This document shows, one piece after another, positions 1 to 11,973 of a stretch of 64,000 bases of DNA. A model generated the notes under the pieces. That model saw nothing but the letters and a program-made list of their open reading frames with translations. It did not search any database and was not told where the DNA came from. The stretch comes from Octopus sinensis (taxonomy: Eukaryota): NCBI RefSeq assembly GCF_006345805.1, contig NC_043004.1, forward strand, positions 70,556,001-70,620,000. The letters run 5' to 3'. Made by a program: the position numbers and the translations under genes. Numbering within the stretch: position 1 is the first letter of the stretch; every line of letters begins with the position of its first letter.

Positions 1-370
1 TGTGTATCTGTTCCTGTACTTTTGAGTAAGTATGTAAACCATGTTTGTGTGTACTTGTGTGGGTATACCTACACATGTGTGTGTGAATATATGCACAGGC
101 ATGTTTGTATGTATATGTGTATAAGTGTGAACATATGTGTGTGCATTTACTTGTGTATGTGTGCATAAGTGTATATGTCAATGTGTGTGTGTTCATGTTT
201 GTGTACTTGTGTGAGTGTGTGTGCATGCATGTATGTGTATATGTATGTCTGTACAGTTCTGTATTAATATTTAAGTTCTTTTCTCTCACACACATTCTGT
301 CTCCCTCCCCCTCTCTCCTCTTTCTCTCTTTCTATTTCCTTCCCTCTCTCTTTCTCCCTATCTCTCTCGT
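1..370. repeat. Cryptic TG-rich then CT-rich simple sequence
   Basis: Degenerate (TG)n/(TATG)n followed by (CT)n; explains ORF 105..419. Confidence 0.85.
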
Positions 371-420
371 ACACTCCTCTCTGCAGAAAGAGCATGTTAC
401 TAACATGTATCTATGGTAGA

Positions 421-697
421 AGGTTACCAAAGTGAGGAAATACTAATCAGAGGAATGAGGCTGGCTGGCTAGTGACTGTCAGAGACTCCAGAAGTTCCCA
501 ACCAGGCAGCCAGGCAGCCAGCTGGTACTACAGAAGCCAACATATGGACATCAAAAGAAAGGGTGTTCGACGCCAACATATGTGGATGTCCTAGAGAAAG
601 ATCTAGAAGCAAAAACCATTGATGGTTCACAAGATGTATAGAAGGCGAAAATGGATGGTGGCACTTGAGGACTCGTCTGAAGATGACCTAAATAATA

Positions 698-729
<32 letters not shown>

Positions 730-730
730 A
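421..730 (+). mobile_element. RTE-clade LINE 3' remnant with (GAT)n tail
   Basis: Broken frames give MRLAG..., PTYGHQKKG...TYVDVLEKD and TRLKMT*, then (GAT)n. This resembles the RTE ORF C-terminus (RLAGH...WEP.HG.R.RGRP..TY.D.L). Confidence 0.55.
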
Positions 731-732
731 AT

Positions 733-959
733 TCTTACTACAAAAGGCACAAGGCCTGAAATTTGGAGGGAGGGGAGTAGTCGATTACATCAACCCCAGT
801 GTTCCACTGGTACTTAATTTATTGGCTCTGAAAGGGTGAAAGGCAAAGTTGACCTTGGCGGAATTTGAACTCAAAACACGAAGACAGATGAAATGTTGCC
901 AAGCATTTTGCCCAACGTGCTAACAATTCTGCCGGTTCACCACCTTAATAATAATAATG

Positions 960-992
<33 letters not shown>

Positions 993-1815
993 GTAATAGT
1001 AATCCTTTCTACTATGTCTGAAATTTGGGAGAGGGAGCTAGTTGATCACATCGACTTCTGTGTTTCACCAGTACTTAATTTATTGACTCTGAAAGGATGA
1101 AAGGCAAAATCGACCTTGGCAGAATTTGAACTCAGAACATAAGATGGTGGTGATATTCTTTTCTATTATAGGCACAAGGCCTGAAATTTCAGGGGTAAGT
1201 TGAATTCATTGACCCCAGTGTTCAACTCTACTTATTGTATTGACCCTGAAAGGATGAAAGGTAAAGTCGACCTCAGAGGAATGTTAATAATAATAATAAT
1301 AATAATAATAATGATTATTATTATTATTATTATTATAACAATAATAATTTGGTCTTAAATTTTGGCATAAAGCCAGCGATTTCAGGTAAGGATTAGGTCA
1401 ATTACATCAACACCAGTGTTCAACTGGTACTTATTTTATCAATCCAGGAAGGATAAAAAGCAAAGTTGACTTCAGTGGGATTTGAACTCAGAACATACAG
1501 ACAGGCAACATGCTGCTAAGCATCTTGCCCAGTGTGCGAATAATTTTGCTAGCTTGCTGCCTTAGTGACTTTTTTTATTTGCCACAAGGGTATCATATTA
1601 TGAGGACATTCTTTTCTACTCTAGGCACAAGGCCTGAAATTTTGGAGGAGGTGGCCAGTCAATTAGATTGACCCAAGTACACAACTGGTACTTAATTTAT
1701 TAACCATGAAAGGATGAAAGGCAAAGTCAACCTTGGCAGAATTTGAACTCAGAATGTTAAGACAGACGAAATACAAAGCATTTCGCCGGGTGTGCCAACA
1801 TTTCTGCCAGCTTGC
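733..1815 (-). mobile_element. Five same-orientation copies of SINE family B separated by (AAT)n
   Basis: The core GAAAGGATGAAAGGCAAAGTCGACC...GAATTTGAACTCAGAAC recurs at about 733-946, 1003-1140, 1157-1285, 1350-1565 and 1608-1815. Confidence 0.85.
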
Positions 1816-1974
1816 TGATTACAAAGACAGTTTACAATTTGTCTCGGGGTTTTACATCAGAAATGAAGGTCAAGAAAGGGATAGGAGGGTGAAATCAGAT
1901 TTAAATGAAATACAAAATATGTGAATACATGAACCACACATGATGCACTTCTGATACAGAAGAATCTTTAACTA

Positions 1975-2114
1975 GGACCAGTCAAATTCAACAGACCCAG
2001 GATCACACTGATCAACAAAGGCACAAGTTTTTAAACATTGAATGGCTAAGTGGTCCATCAGAATAAAATAGCAATCAAAGAGGTTCATGAATAAAAATTG
2101 GTTGAGAACCTCTG
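1975..2114. mobile_element. Possible hAT-type MITE fragment
   Basis: Ends GGTTGAGAACCTCTG (revcomp CAGAGGTTCTCAACC), a hAT/Charlie-like terminus. The partner TIR was not found. Confidence 0.3.
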
Positions 2115-2644
2115 TCCTTGAAGGGAGAAAAAAAGGTTGCCAGCAGTGGCTACAGAAAAGCAAACCCTGTATCTTTCAGATACCAGCTAAGCATTCTGTA
2201 CCATTAAACCAAGCAGACCTTAACAACAATTACTGTCCATTATAAAGCTAAATAGTAGCTTTTGGAATGTAAAAGCATATATATTAAGTTAATGAGAGGA
2301 AAGAGAATACATAGAATGGATAAAAACTAGGAAAGGGTAGAAACAATAGTAGAATTAGTAGAATTGTTATAACAGCTGTGTGTGTGTGAGAATTTCAACG
2401 GTATACACTATTAATAATGTAAAACAATTCAACAATAATTGTCCACAAATATAACCATGTTAAACAAAGAATTTCAGAAGCTGAAATTGGATTAAAAGAC
2501 TCGCCATCTGGCACATCAATATTTCTTTTATAATTCATGTTATTTCTTTGTAAGGAATGTAACCAGAACAATACCCTATTATTAAGTACTTTGTTTACCA
2601 AAACTAAAAACTGGTTTTTAATTATAATTACATGTATTTAACGA

Positions 2645-2925
2645 AGACGCATGGTCGAGTAATTAGGCATGTTGCACTCATGATTTCAATTCCCAGACCG
2701 GCTACATGTTATGTCCTTGAGCAAGGTACTCCATTTCATGTTGCTCCAGTCCACTCAGCTGTAAATGAGTGACCCCGATGACAGACTAGCCTTCTGATCA
2801 GGGGGAATGTTGGCCTACTTGCCTAGCCAGCAGGGTGGCATCAATCAAAAGCTAGAATGACACAAAGCACATTGTGACTAGTGATGTATAACAACACCTG
2901 ATAGTCCAGTTGATTAAAGGATCAC
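2645..2925 (+). mobile_element. tRNA-headed CORE-like SINE (degenerate)
   Basis: tRNA-like head, then GTCCTTGAGCAAGG...GTTGCTCCAGTCCACTCAGCTG, shared with copies at about 7850, 25210, 25590 and 26172. Confidence 0.65.
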
Positions 2926-2984
2926 ATAATATGCATTAAAGTAATGAATTGCTAGAGTCTTTAGAGTGTCTGTGAGCAGGAGTT

Positions 2985-3534
2985 CATTAACCTGTAGGGA
3001 GTAATTCATTTAAGGAAGAAAAACTCTGATTCCAAACTTCCACTACTTTGTGGCCATACTCAGCCATGGAAAAGGCTTTGAGGGTAAACCCTATAGGAAA
3101 AAATCAAAAGTCAGAGCCCCTGAGGAAAGATTGGAAGTCAGATCCCCTATGGTAGGTTGACATGGTCTACAACCTCATTCTGGCAGCTCCTGTGACAACA
3201 CTGGTGCCTAATTATGACAGCCATGCTGTTCCCTTGGATCTGTTAGTAACATGAACAGTAGGGTAGATGCTGCATGAGCAACTACCTGTCTTCCATGCCA
3301 TACTGCTCAGACTTGGATCCTATCAAAGACCCTACACGGGAGTGATAGAGCCAGATAACATGACAGAGAGAACACTCTGGCCTCATCTATGGCATTAGGA
3401 CAACACAGAGAAGAATAGGTACCTGTGATAAATCATCATTACAACTTATACAGCACCAGGACAGCTCACAAGTGCAGCTGGTGTAACAGAGACTGCTATT
3501 CATGTATTGGACTGTTTAGCCACAGACAACACTG

Positions 3535-3540
<6 letters not shown>
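2985..3540 (+). mobile_element. Internally deleted RTE-derived element (5'UTR-like motif joined to C-terminal zinc finger)
   Basis: 3013-3105 GGAAGAAAAACTCTGATTCCAAAC...CATGGAAAAGGCTTTGAGGGTAAACCC resembles RTE 5'UTRs. 3464-3540 translates AHKCSWCNRDCYSCIGLFSHRQHCP, like the RTE terminal C..C.RDC.SRIGL.SH motif. Confidence 0.6.
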
Positions 3541-3839
<299 letters not shown>

Positions 3840-4049
3840 CTATATATATATAACTACATGTTGACAAATTTTTCTGCTTTGTAAGGGTAATTTATCCAGT
3901 ATTTCTGCTGTTCTAATGGCAATTCTGCATTCCAAAAAATATCTAATTTGTATCAAACACATAATACACACACACACACACAGGTCACTGCAATGCACTG
4001 TTTTGGACATGTATTTTATATGCATATATAGGACCTTTATCCATAGTCA

Positions 4050-4300
4050 TTAATGACAGGCAGAAGCTAAAGAAGTAAAGTGTCTGGTAACATCATTTGT
4101 AGGATTTGTTCCAAGTCTTCTTGGTTCTGATATTAATATTTCATGCATTTCACATTTTTTTAAGAGCCTTCCTTGCTTATCTCAATCTCTTTCAATTTCT
4201 GCTTCATATGTGATTTTAATTAATTACTATTTTCATGATCACTAGATTATGTCAGCTTCTACTTAATTGGGATAATTACTCAAAGAAATTGCTGATGTTC
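4050..4300 (-). mobile_element. Possible RTE reverse-transcriptase remnant
   Basis: Frameshifted minus-strand pieces EAEIER and NINIRTKK resemble the RTE post-RT region (AEIKRRI...NISIRTK.RL). Confidence 0.3.
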
Positions 4301-4479
4301 CCATTTCCTTTGTCAACTAATTTGTCCACTGGCTGGCTTTGAACCTTCAAAGACATGCAGTTTCAGAGATTCTTTACTTGAAAAACAGGTAAGTGCTACT
4401 GACAAGGAAGGCATCAATAATACATTTATCTAAACTATGCCAGCATGGAAAAAGGCCAAAGAAATCAAACAGATATCAT

Positions 4480-4760
4480 CATCATAATCATCATCATCAT
4501 CATCGTTTAACATCCGTCTTCCATGCGAGAATGGATAGTACAGTACCACAAGAGCCAGACAAGCCAAAGCCTGCACCAGATTTCTGCGGTTGTTTTGGCA
4601 GGATTTTTACAGCTGGATGGCCTTCCTAACACCAACCACTCAGCAGGGTGGACTTAGTGTCTTTTGCATGGCACAAGCACAGGCAAGGTCAGTTTTGGCA
4701 AGGTTTTTATGGCTGGATGCCCTTCCTAACACCAACCACTTCACAGTATGGACTGTGGCC
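4480..4760 (-). mobile_element. Family D ((GAT)n-tailed interspersed repeat) with internal duplication
   Basis: (CAT)n then CGTTTAACATCCGTCTTCCATG...; the motif GCTGGATG(G/C)CCTTCCTAACACCAACCACT occurs twice (about 4613 and 4712). Confidence 0.75.
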
Positions 4761-5004
4761 ATGCTGGAACCCTGCTTTAAGAGGTTTTAGTAAAAAAAAA
4801 TTGACCCCAGGACATATTCCTTGTAAGCCTAGTACTTATTCTATCAGTCTTTTTGCTGAACCACTAGGTTACGGGGACATAAATATACCAGCATCAGTTG
4901 TCAAGCAACAGCAGGGTGACCAACACAAACATACATATAATTACATGCAAGCATATGCATATATATATATGCATATATATATACACACACATACATATAA
5001 AGTT

Positions 5005-5212
5005 AATCCAAACAAGAAAACACAAAAAAACACAACAACGCGAGGATGTGGAACAAATATAGTATTATTGGACGCTCAGGAAAGAAGGGAAGAAGGAGGG
5101 TTTAACGTTTCGAGTGGAGCTCTTCGTTGGAAACATAGGAGAAGGAAAGATCCTGAGAAGGGAAGACAGAGGAAAAAAATCGCCAACGGTACACACGAGA
5201 TCACATTTTGAA
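5005..5212 (-). mobile_element. Penelope-like element (PLE) pseudo-LTR-like fragment
   Basis: CpG-retaining insert within the SINE's (TA)n. It contains AACGTTTCGAGTGGAGCTCTTCGTTGG, the ACGTTTCG...CTTCGTC(A/G)G signature of PLE pLTRs. Confidence 0.5.
5100..5134 (-). ncRNA. Degenerate minimal hammerhead-like motif
   Basis: Minus strand reads GUUU-CCAACGA-A-GAG-cucca-CUC-GAAA-CGUU-AAAC. Stems I, II and a palindromic stem III are present, but the core deviates from CUGANGA at two positions. Confidence 0.35.
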
Positions 5213-5282
5213 AAAGCGTATACATATACATATATATAAGCATATACATATATATATATATATATATACATACATACATATG

Positions 5283-5313
<31 letters not shown>

Positions 5314-5484
5314 GCATAATGGGCTTCCTTCAGTTTCCATCTACCAAATCCATTCACAAGGCTTTGGTCAACCTGCGGTTATAGTAGAAGACACTTGCCC
5401 AAGGTGCCATGACATGGGACTAAACCCAGAACCATGTGGTTGGGAAGCAAGCTTCTTACCACACAGCTAAGCCTGCGCCTAAAT

Positions 5485-5813
5485 GCATATGTGTGAGTGT
5501 GTGAGTGTATGTGTGTGTATGTGCATATGTGTGAGTGTGTGAGTGTATGTGTGTGTATGTGCATGTGTGTGTGTGTGCATGTGTATGTCTGTGTATGCAT
5601 GGAAGTATGTATGTATCTATGTATGTATATATATATGTATGTATTTATGTATGTATGCATGTATGTGTATATGTAAGTACACATAGAATGGGCTTCCATG
5701 CAGTTTCAGTCTAACAATTTCACTCATAAGGCTCAGGGTGTCACACAATGGAACTGATAACACAGTTGCCAAAGAAAATTCTTAACCATACATTCAAATA
5801 TGCATTTATGTAT

Positions 5814-5860
<47 letters not shown>

Positions 5861-7205
5861 TATCATCGTCATCATCATCATTATTATCATCATAATTTAA
5901 TGCCTGTCTTCCACATTGGCATGGGTGGAATAGTCTGTCAGGAGCTGGCAAGCCAGAGAGCTGCACCAGGCTCCATGCATCCATTTCGGCACTGTTTCTG
6001 TGTCTGGATTACCTTCCTAATGCCAATCACTTTACATAGAGCACTGAGTATTTTATATGTGGCACGATGGAACCTGTGTTATACATGTGGCACCAGTACC
6101 AGTGATTTGTATGCAGCATCAGCATGGATGCTTTATACTTGGTACCAGCATGTATGTGGCATTTATGTGGCATCAGCATGTATGTTTTATTTAATTTCAA
6201 GAGTTGGCTATAATTATCTCATGCATATGTATGTATGCATGAGTGTGTGTGTGTGTGTGTGTGTGTGCACATGAGTGTGTGTGTGTGTGTGTGTGCACAT
6301 GAGTGTGTGTGTGTGATTGAGTGTGTGTCTGTGGGTTGCGTGTGTGCATACGTGCGTGCATGCATGCATGTGTGTGATATTGTAAACAGTGACAGAAATT
6401 AAATAAAATGACCTCTATCAAATTCCCTCTATCCTAAAATACCAACACCGACCTATCCTGCTGTATTGTCACCCTTACCAATCCTTCCTAATTTTAAACA
6501 GTTCTGACTGTATACTAATTGCAATAACAACTCCTTGTTATTCAAAGGTAGTGGTGGTGGTGGTGGAGGGGTGATCACCCTATCTGATTGGATCTAGAAA
6601 ACAGCTATGGCCATTGACCCTTCTTCATCAGACTTAACTAATGTAACAGAGAACTTTTCTATTCATACACACACACAAAGACACACAAGACACACAAAGA
6701 CACACAAAGACACACATACACATGCACACACACACACACACACACACACAAGTATTGATACATGCATTCACATTCTTTCTTACACATGCACAGAAGACAT
6801 ATACACATACCCATTCTTTTCTACACATGTACGCACACACACATTTTCACATTCACTCTTGCATACACATGCACTTACTCTATTGTACACACACTCTCAT
6901 GCACACACATACTCTCTCTCTCCTTCACATACACTCACACAAATACATACATACTATGATGCACACAGTCTCTAACACACACACACAAGCATATATGAAC
7001 ACACACACACATACACTTTCATACTTACAAACTGCTACAAATATATACATACATGCAAACATACATACATACATACATATATATATATATATACATACAT
7101 ATACACACACATACATACACATACATATGTACGTCCATACATACATTCATACATACATACATACATGCATGCATACATACATATATACATGCATACATAC
7201 ATACA
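5485..7205. repeat. Compound TG/CAT/CA/TACA microsatellite field containing a family D piece (about 5880-6075)
   Basis: Direct inspection; accounts for the H/T/Y/V/C-rich ORFs here. Confidence 0.85.
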
Positions 7206-7257
7206 AATTCATGTAAATGTATTCCTCCTTTCAAGTAAGGCGATCTGAAGTACTTAC

Positions 7258-7310
7258 CATACGCCACCCCAATGCCTCTTCAAGAGGTCATACACCACCC
7301 TCAACCCCAT
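7258..7310 (-). CDS. Possible N-terminal coding segment MGLRVVYDLLKRHWGGV(W/C), phase 2; product unknown
   Basis: ATG at 7310-7308 with an in-frame TGA upstream (TGA CAT ATG), a G-rich 53-nt open stretch running into the GT donor. No downstream exon was identified in the window. Confidence 0.3.
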
Positions 7311-7394
7311 ATGTCAGTGAGTGAAAATTAAGTTGAAAACAAACATTAAATTTGACATTGTGACATTAACTCAATGCAATTTGAGTTCAGTTTT
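7258..7394 (-). other. Candidate 137-nt exon containing a start codon
   Basis: Acceptor ccattattgtattctacag|A and donor ATG|gtaagta on the minus strand; non-repetitive sequence. Confidence 0.4.
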
Positions 7395-7564
7395 CTGTAG
7401 AATACAATAATGGAGAAGATGCAAGCTAATTGTATTTTCATGTTAATGTTCTTGATCTTGTTTGTGTCCTGAATATGGCTTTAAACTACATCTGGTTGTA
7501 GAATCCTGGTTCAAGAATTTTGAATTTTTGAAAAACCACCTCTTAGTCAATATTGTTCCAAGTT

Positions 7565-7790
7565 AAAGGCGGTGAGCTGGCAGAAATGTTAGCATGCTGG
7601 GTGAAATGCTTAGCAGTAATTCGTTTGTTTTTACATTCTGAGATCAAATTCTGCTGAGATCGACTTTGCCTTTCATCTTTCGGGGTCGATAAATTAAGTA
7701 CCAGTTGCATTCTGGGGTCAGTCTAATCGACTCACCCTCTCCTTCCCCCCAAAAATTTCAGGCTTTGTGCCTAGAGTAGAAAAGAATATT
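7565..7790 (+). mobile_element. SINE family B, full length
   Basis: AAGGCGGTGAGCTGGCAGAA...GACTTTGCCTTTCATCTTTCGGGGTCGATAAATTAAGTACCAG...GTAGAAAAGAAT. Confidence 0.85.
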
Positions 7791-7849
7791 ATTCCAAGTT
7801 CTACTCCTACTCAAAGCAGTAGCATCTTTCAGGGTCCCAGCTTTGAGAA

Positions 7850-8170
7850 GACACATGGACTAGTGGTTAGGGTATTTTGCTTATGATCATAAAGCCATGA
7901 CTTTGATTCCCAATGGTGAATTGTGTCCTTGAGCAATGCACCGCTGGGTTGTTCCGGTCTGTTCAGCTGGCAAAAATGAGTAGTACCTGTATTTCAAAGG
8001 GCCAGCCATGTCACATTCTGTGTCATGCTGAATCTCCCTGAGAACTACATTGAGGGTTTACACATGTCTGTGGTGAGCTCAGCCACTTGCACACATGTTG
8101 ATTTCACGAGTAGGCTGTTCTGTTGATTGGATCAACTGGAACCCTCATTGTCATAACTAATGGAGTGTCA
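7850..8170 (+). mobile_element. CORE-like SINE with family-C-type 3' body
   Basis: tRNA-like head, GTCCTTGAGCAA, then GTACCTGTATTTCAAAGGGCCAGCC...GAGAACTAC shared with 53085-53468. Confidence 0.7.
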
Positions 8171-8602
8171 GTTAGGACTTGTCTAGTTATGCATGTGAAA
8201 ACTGGATCCAGTAGGCTCTGGGGAAGAAACCTTTATGATTCATCAGATAGGAAGATGGCTTCTGCAATGCACTGTGGAGTGCAGAGAAAAAGATAAGACA
8301 AGTAAGACATCTTGGTCATCTCCTGCATCCATCTCCATCCCCAGTTATCTTGATCCAGTTTTGACCTGACCTTGCCACTGGTCACTAGCTAGCAAGTGAC
8401 GTTGACTGTGCACAACACTTCTTCACTTTAACTCTTTTAATACCAACCAACCTGATACTGCCTTGGAGCCTATAATACAAACTTCCAGCCTTAAAATGAT
8501 TTAAATTAAAATCTTCCATCAAAGCTTCATAGTAATTCACTTCCCAAAACCAGCTTAACAATGACAGAATCATTTTAATAAATTCTTCATTATTAAGCAC
8601 CC

Positions 8603-8762
8603 ACTACACTCGCGGAGTGGTTGGCGTTAGGAAGGGCATCCAGCTATAGAAATACTGCCAGATCAGACTGGGCCTGATGCAGCCTTCTGGCTTCACAGAC
8701 CCCAGTTGAACCGTCCAACCCATGCTAGTATGGAAAACGGACGCTAAATGAAAATGATGATG
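8603..8762 (+). mobile_element. Family D 3' fragment
   Basis: GGAGTGGTTGGCGTTAGGAAGGGCATCC...AACCCATGCTAGTATGGAAAACGGACGCTAAA followed by (ATG)n. Confidence 0.8.
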
Positions 8763-9280
8763 AAATGAAAGGCAGGGCATTTCAAGAGAAATTTGGCAAC
8801 AAAAGGGTTAAACAAAGTCCCTGCACAAGTAAGCAGTCTTCTTTAAGGATACCTAGATGGTCCTTGTCACTCCAACAGACAAAAATATGTTGTTTATCAA
8901 CAGGTAAGTAATTCTGCTTGGTCTACTTACATTGTGCAATGAATCTATTTTTAAAGTAAGATATGATATAATGGAGATTTAATTGCTATTTCTAGCAGCC
9001 ATATGAAGATTCCCATGTTTACTTGTTTAGTATAAATTGTTGCCAGTGTTGTTTAATTTTTGATCAATCCTGATTGTACAGATTTAGACCTTAACCTATG
9101 ATCAAAAGCACTCCTGCCATGACCATCCTACTTTTTTAGGTTTTTTTCCTTGCAATATGTATTCTGGACGTCATTAGTAAGTATGTCCCTCGTTATTTTT
9201 CATGTGGTAGGATGTGATAACAAAGATTTTTGGCTTCTATTTCTAGCATATCAAATAGACATATAGAGGTCTCCTTCGGA

Positions 9281-9662
9281 GAGGTTGTGTGCTGTCTGTC
9301 TCCTACGATTTAGATTCCTAACTACTCTCACATTTTGCAGTGCAGTTTAACCAAAACTGGGTATCTTATAGTCGTGATTCATATCGAACCCTTCTGGGTA
9401 TTAGCGCGCGTCTACGATGAGTCTACGATTTAAAAAAAAATTTACCATCAATTTTTCCCATTTTTAATGCATTTTTGGCATATATAAGGGAAGTAACTCT
9501 CTAAAAATTTATTATTAAATCTCAGAACGTAAAAAGCTACAGTAACACCCCTCCCCTTTGTGGTTAGCCATATTGAGATGGCTATTATACTTTACATCTC
9601 TAAAAATGCTTATATAGTTATTTCCCTTACAAACCCGAGCAACGCCGGGCGACACTGCTAGT
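9281..9662 (+). mobile_element. Non-autonomous Helitron-like element
   Basis: 3' hairpin CCCG-AGCAACGC-CGGG (9634-9649) followed 8 nt later by CTAG|T (9658-9662); TGTCTGTC near the 5' end; many intact CpGs, suggesting a young copy. Confidence 0.65.
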
Positions 9663-10589
9663 AAAGGATATAGGAGTAGCGACATTGATGGAGACATTTA
9701 GAGCAGCCACTGCAATGGTAGGCAAAAGGACAAGAGGTGTGGCTGTATCATTCCAGCCATACAGTTTTCAATTCAGTCTCATTGCTTGACCACTTGGATA
9801 AGTGTATTTTATTACAGAATCCGGCTGACCAAAGCCTTGTGAGTGACTCTGATAGTTGGAAACGCGCGCGTGTGTGTGTGTTTTTGCGTATGCATGTGGG
9901 TGTGTTTGTGTGTGTGTGTGTATGCGTGTGCCTTTGTGCTTGGGTTATGTTTGTCCCCCACCATCCTTGACAACCGGTGTGGGCTTGTTTATGTCCCCCC
10001 CCCACCATAAAGAGTTTGATAAAATAAGTACCAGGCTTAAGTACCAGAGTCAATTTGTTCGACTAAGCCCTTCATGGCAGTTCCCCCAGCATGGGGAACT
10101 ACTAAATTAGCTAAAGTGATTGGAGGCAGGAGAGCAGCAGCAGCAGCAGGGGTGGAGGGAGGTAAGTACACCACTAGCATCACCCCCAATAGTCACTCTC
10201 AGTACTGCCATAGTATCTTACATACTTGTAAGGGAGGTGGGAAGGAGATAGGGGAGGTAGAGAGGAGCAGGAGAGGGGAGAGCCAGAGAAGGGATGAGAG
10301 GGAAAAGGGGAGAGATGGAGAAGGGATGAGAGGGAGAAGGGGAGAGACGGGGGGAAGGAGATAGAGAGGGGGAGTATACACACACACACACACACACATA
10401 TGTATGTGTGTGTGTGAGAGAGAGTTTTGTAAAGACTGATAACAAACCAAATTACTCTTACAGAGAAACTATCAAAGTTTAAATAAAATGTCACATTTTG
10501 GACTTTGGGCGGGGCGGGGGTTGTTGGTGTTGTTTTTTGTTGCTATTTATTATTTTATCATTTCTTTCTTTAAGGTCTTGAAAGAAAAT

Positions 10590-11170
10590 TTGTTTTACAA
10601 TTGTTACTCTCTCTCTCTCTCTTTCTCTTTGTCTCTTTTTCTCCTTCATTTCTCTCTGTGCATTTCCCTTCTACTCACCATTACTTTTCTCTCTGCCTCA
10701 CTCTCTCCTTCTCTCTTTCACACACACACACACAAAACTCTTCTATTCTCTTATTACTATTCTTACACTAATCTGCTCTCTCTCTCTCTCTCTCTCTCTT
10801 TCTTCCTCTCTCTCTCTCTCTTTCTTCCTCTCTCTCTCTCTCTCTCACTTTCTCTCCTCTGCCAACAATCTCTATCTCTCATCTACCACTCTCCATCTCC
10901 TTACACTTTTCTCTCTCACCATCTCTCTTTTTCTCTCATTCTCTCTCCCACTCTCTCCTTCTCTATCTATCTATCTTCTCTTTGATTCTCTTTCACCCAC
11001 ATACACACACATGCATACATAAATACACACATTCACACACACACATATGCGTGCACACACATGCACTCTTGCACACCCACACACACATGCACAGACAAAC
11101 ACATATACACACATGCACATTCACACACATGCACCCCCCCCCCACACACACACACACACATCACAGAAGC
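10590..11170. repeat. (CT)n then (CA)n cryptic microsatellite
   Basis: Direct inspection; source of the S/L-rich ORF 10488..10985. Confidence 0.85.
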
Positions 11171-11574
11171 ATTTTATATTAGCATGGAAAAATGCTGATA
11201 TAAAATGCTGGGGATGATAATGATGAATGATAGCAATAAGAATTATTATTTGTGGCGAAAATGGTTACAGCAAACGGTTCTTCTCTGAGTAGTGCCTGTA
11301 GATTGGAGAGCAGGAGAGAGGGCTTGTACCTTTGAGGTTAGGTTAATCCTGGATCCGTGGGATACCTTGAGTGACCCTAGTTGGAGTTCCTTCTGTATCA
11401 GGAACTGTGCATCATTCATATTATCACATACTTTGTATATACTATATAAACATCTGTCGCATTTCCCTGTCTTTTCTATTTTTTCTCTCGTCCCTTTTGT
11501 AAATCCTCACACAAATTGTTGTCCACCCTTGTGATGGCCACCCACCATATATGCTCCTGTGACTAATAAAATAA

Positions 11575-11647
11575 ATTATAATTGTTGTTGTTGTTGTTGT
11601 TGTTGTTATTATTATTATTAATATTATTATTATTATTATTATTATTA

Positions 11648-11726
<79 letters not shown>
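11575..11726. repeat. (TTG)n/(ATT)n microsatellite
   Basis: About 150 nt of triplet repeat directly 5' of a family B SINE. Confidence 0.95.
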
Positions 11727-11729
<3 letters not shown>

Positions 11730-11885
11730 GGCAGTGAGCTGACAGAATTGTTAGCATATTGGTTGAAATGCTTAGCAGTATTTTGCCAGTCCCTACATTC
11801 TGAGTTTAAATTCCACAAAGGTTGACTTCACTTTTTATCCTTTCGGGGTCAATAAATTAAGTACCAGTTGAGTACTGGAGTCGAT
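11727..11885 (+). mobile_element. SINE family B (3'-truncated) inside (ATT)n
   Basis: AAGGCAGTGAGCTGACAGAATTG...TTTCGGGGTCAATAAATTAAGTACCAG. Confidence 0.8.
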
Positions 11886-11919
11886 TATTATTATTATTAT
11901 GTTTTTCCTTCTTTCTTCA

Positions 11920-11969
<50 letters not shown>

Positions 11970-11973
<4 letters not shown>

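Larger units (their letters stand above)
4780..5480 (-). mobile_element. SINE family A interrupted inside its TA/TG microsatellite
   Basis: 3' half at 4780-4930 and 5' half at 5320-5480 match full copies such as 44981-45392. Confidence 0.8.

Noticed and set aside
1972-2163. Phase-compatible downstream exon for the 7258-7310 start segment
   Set aside because: An AG acceptor and matching phase exist, but most of the segment looks like a hAT-type MITE end.
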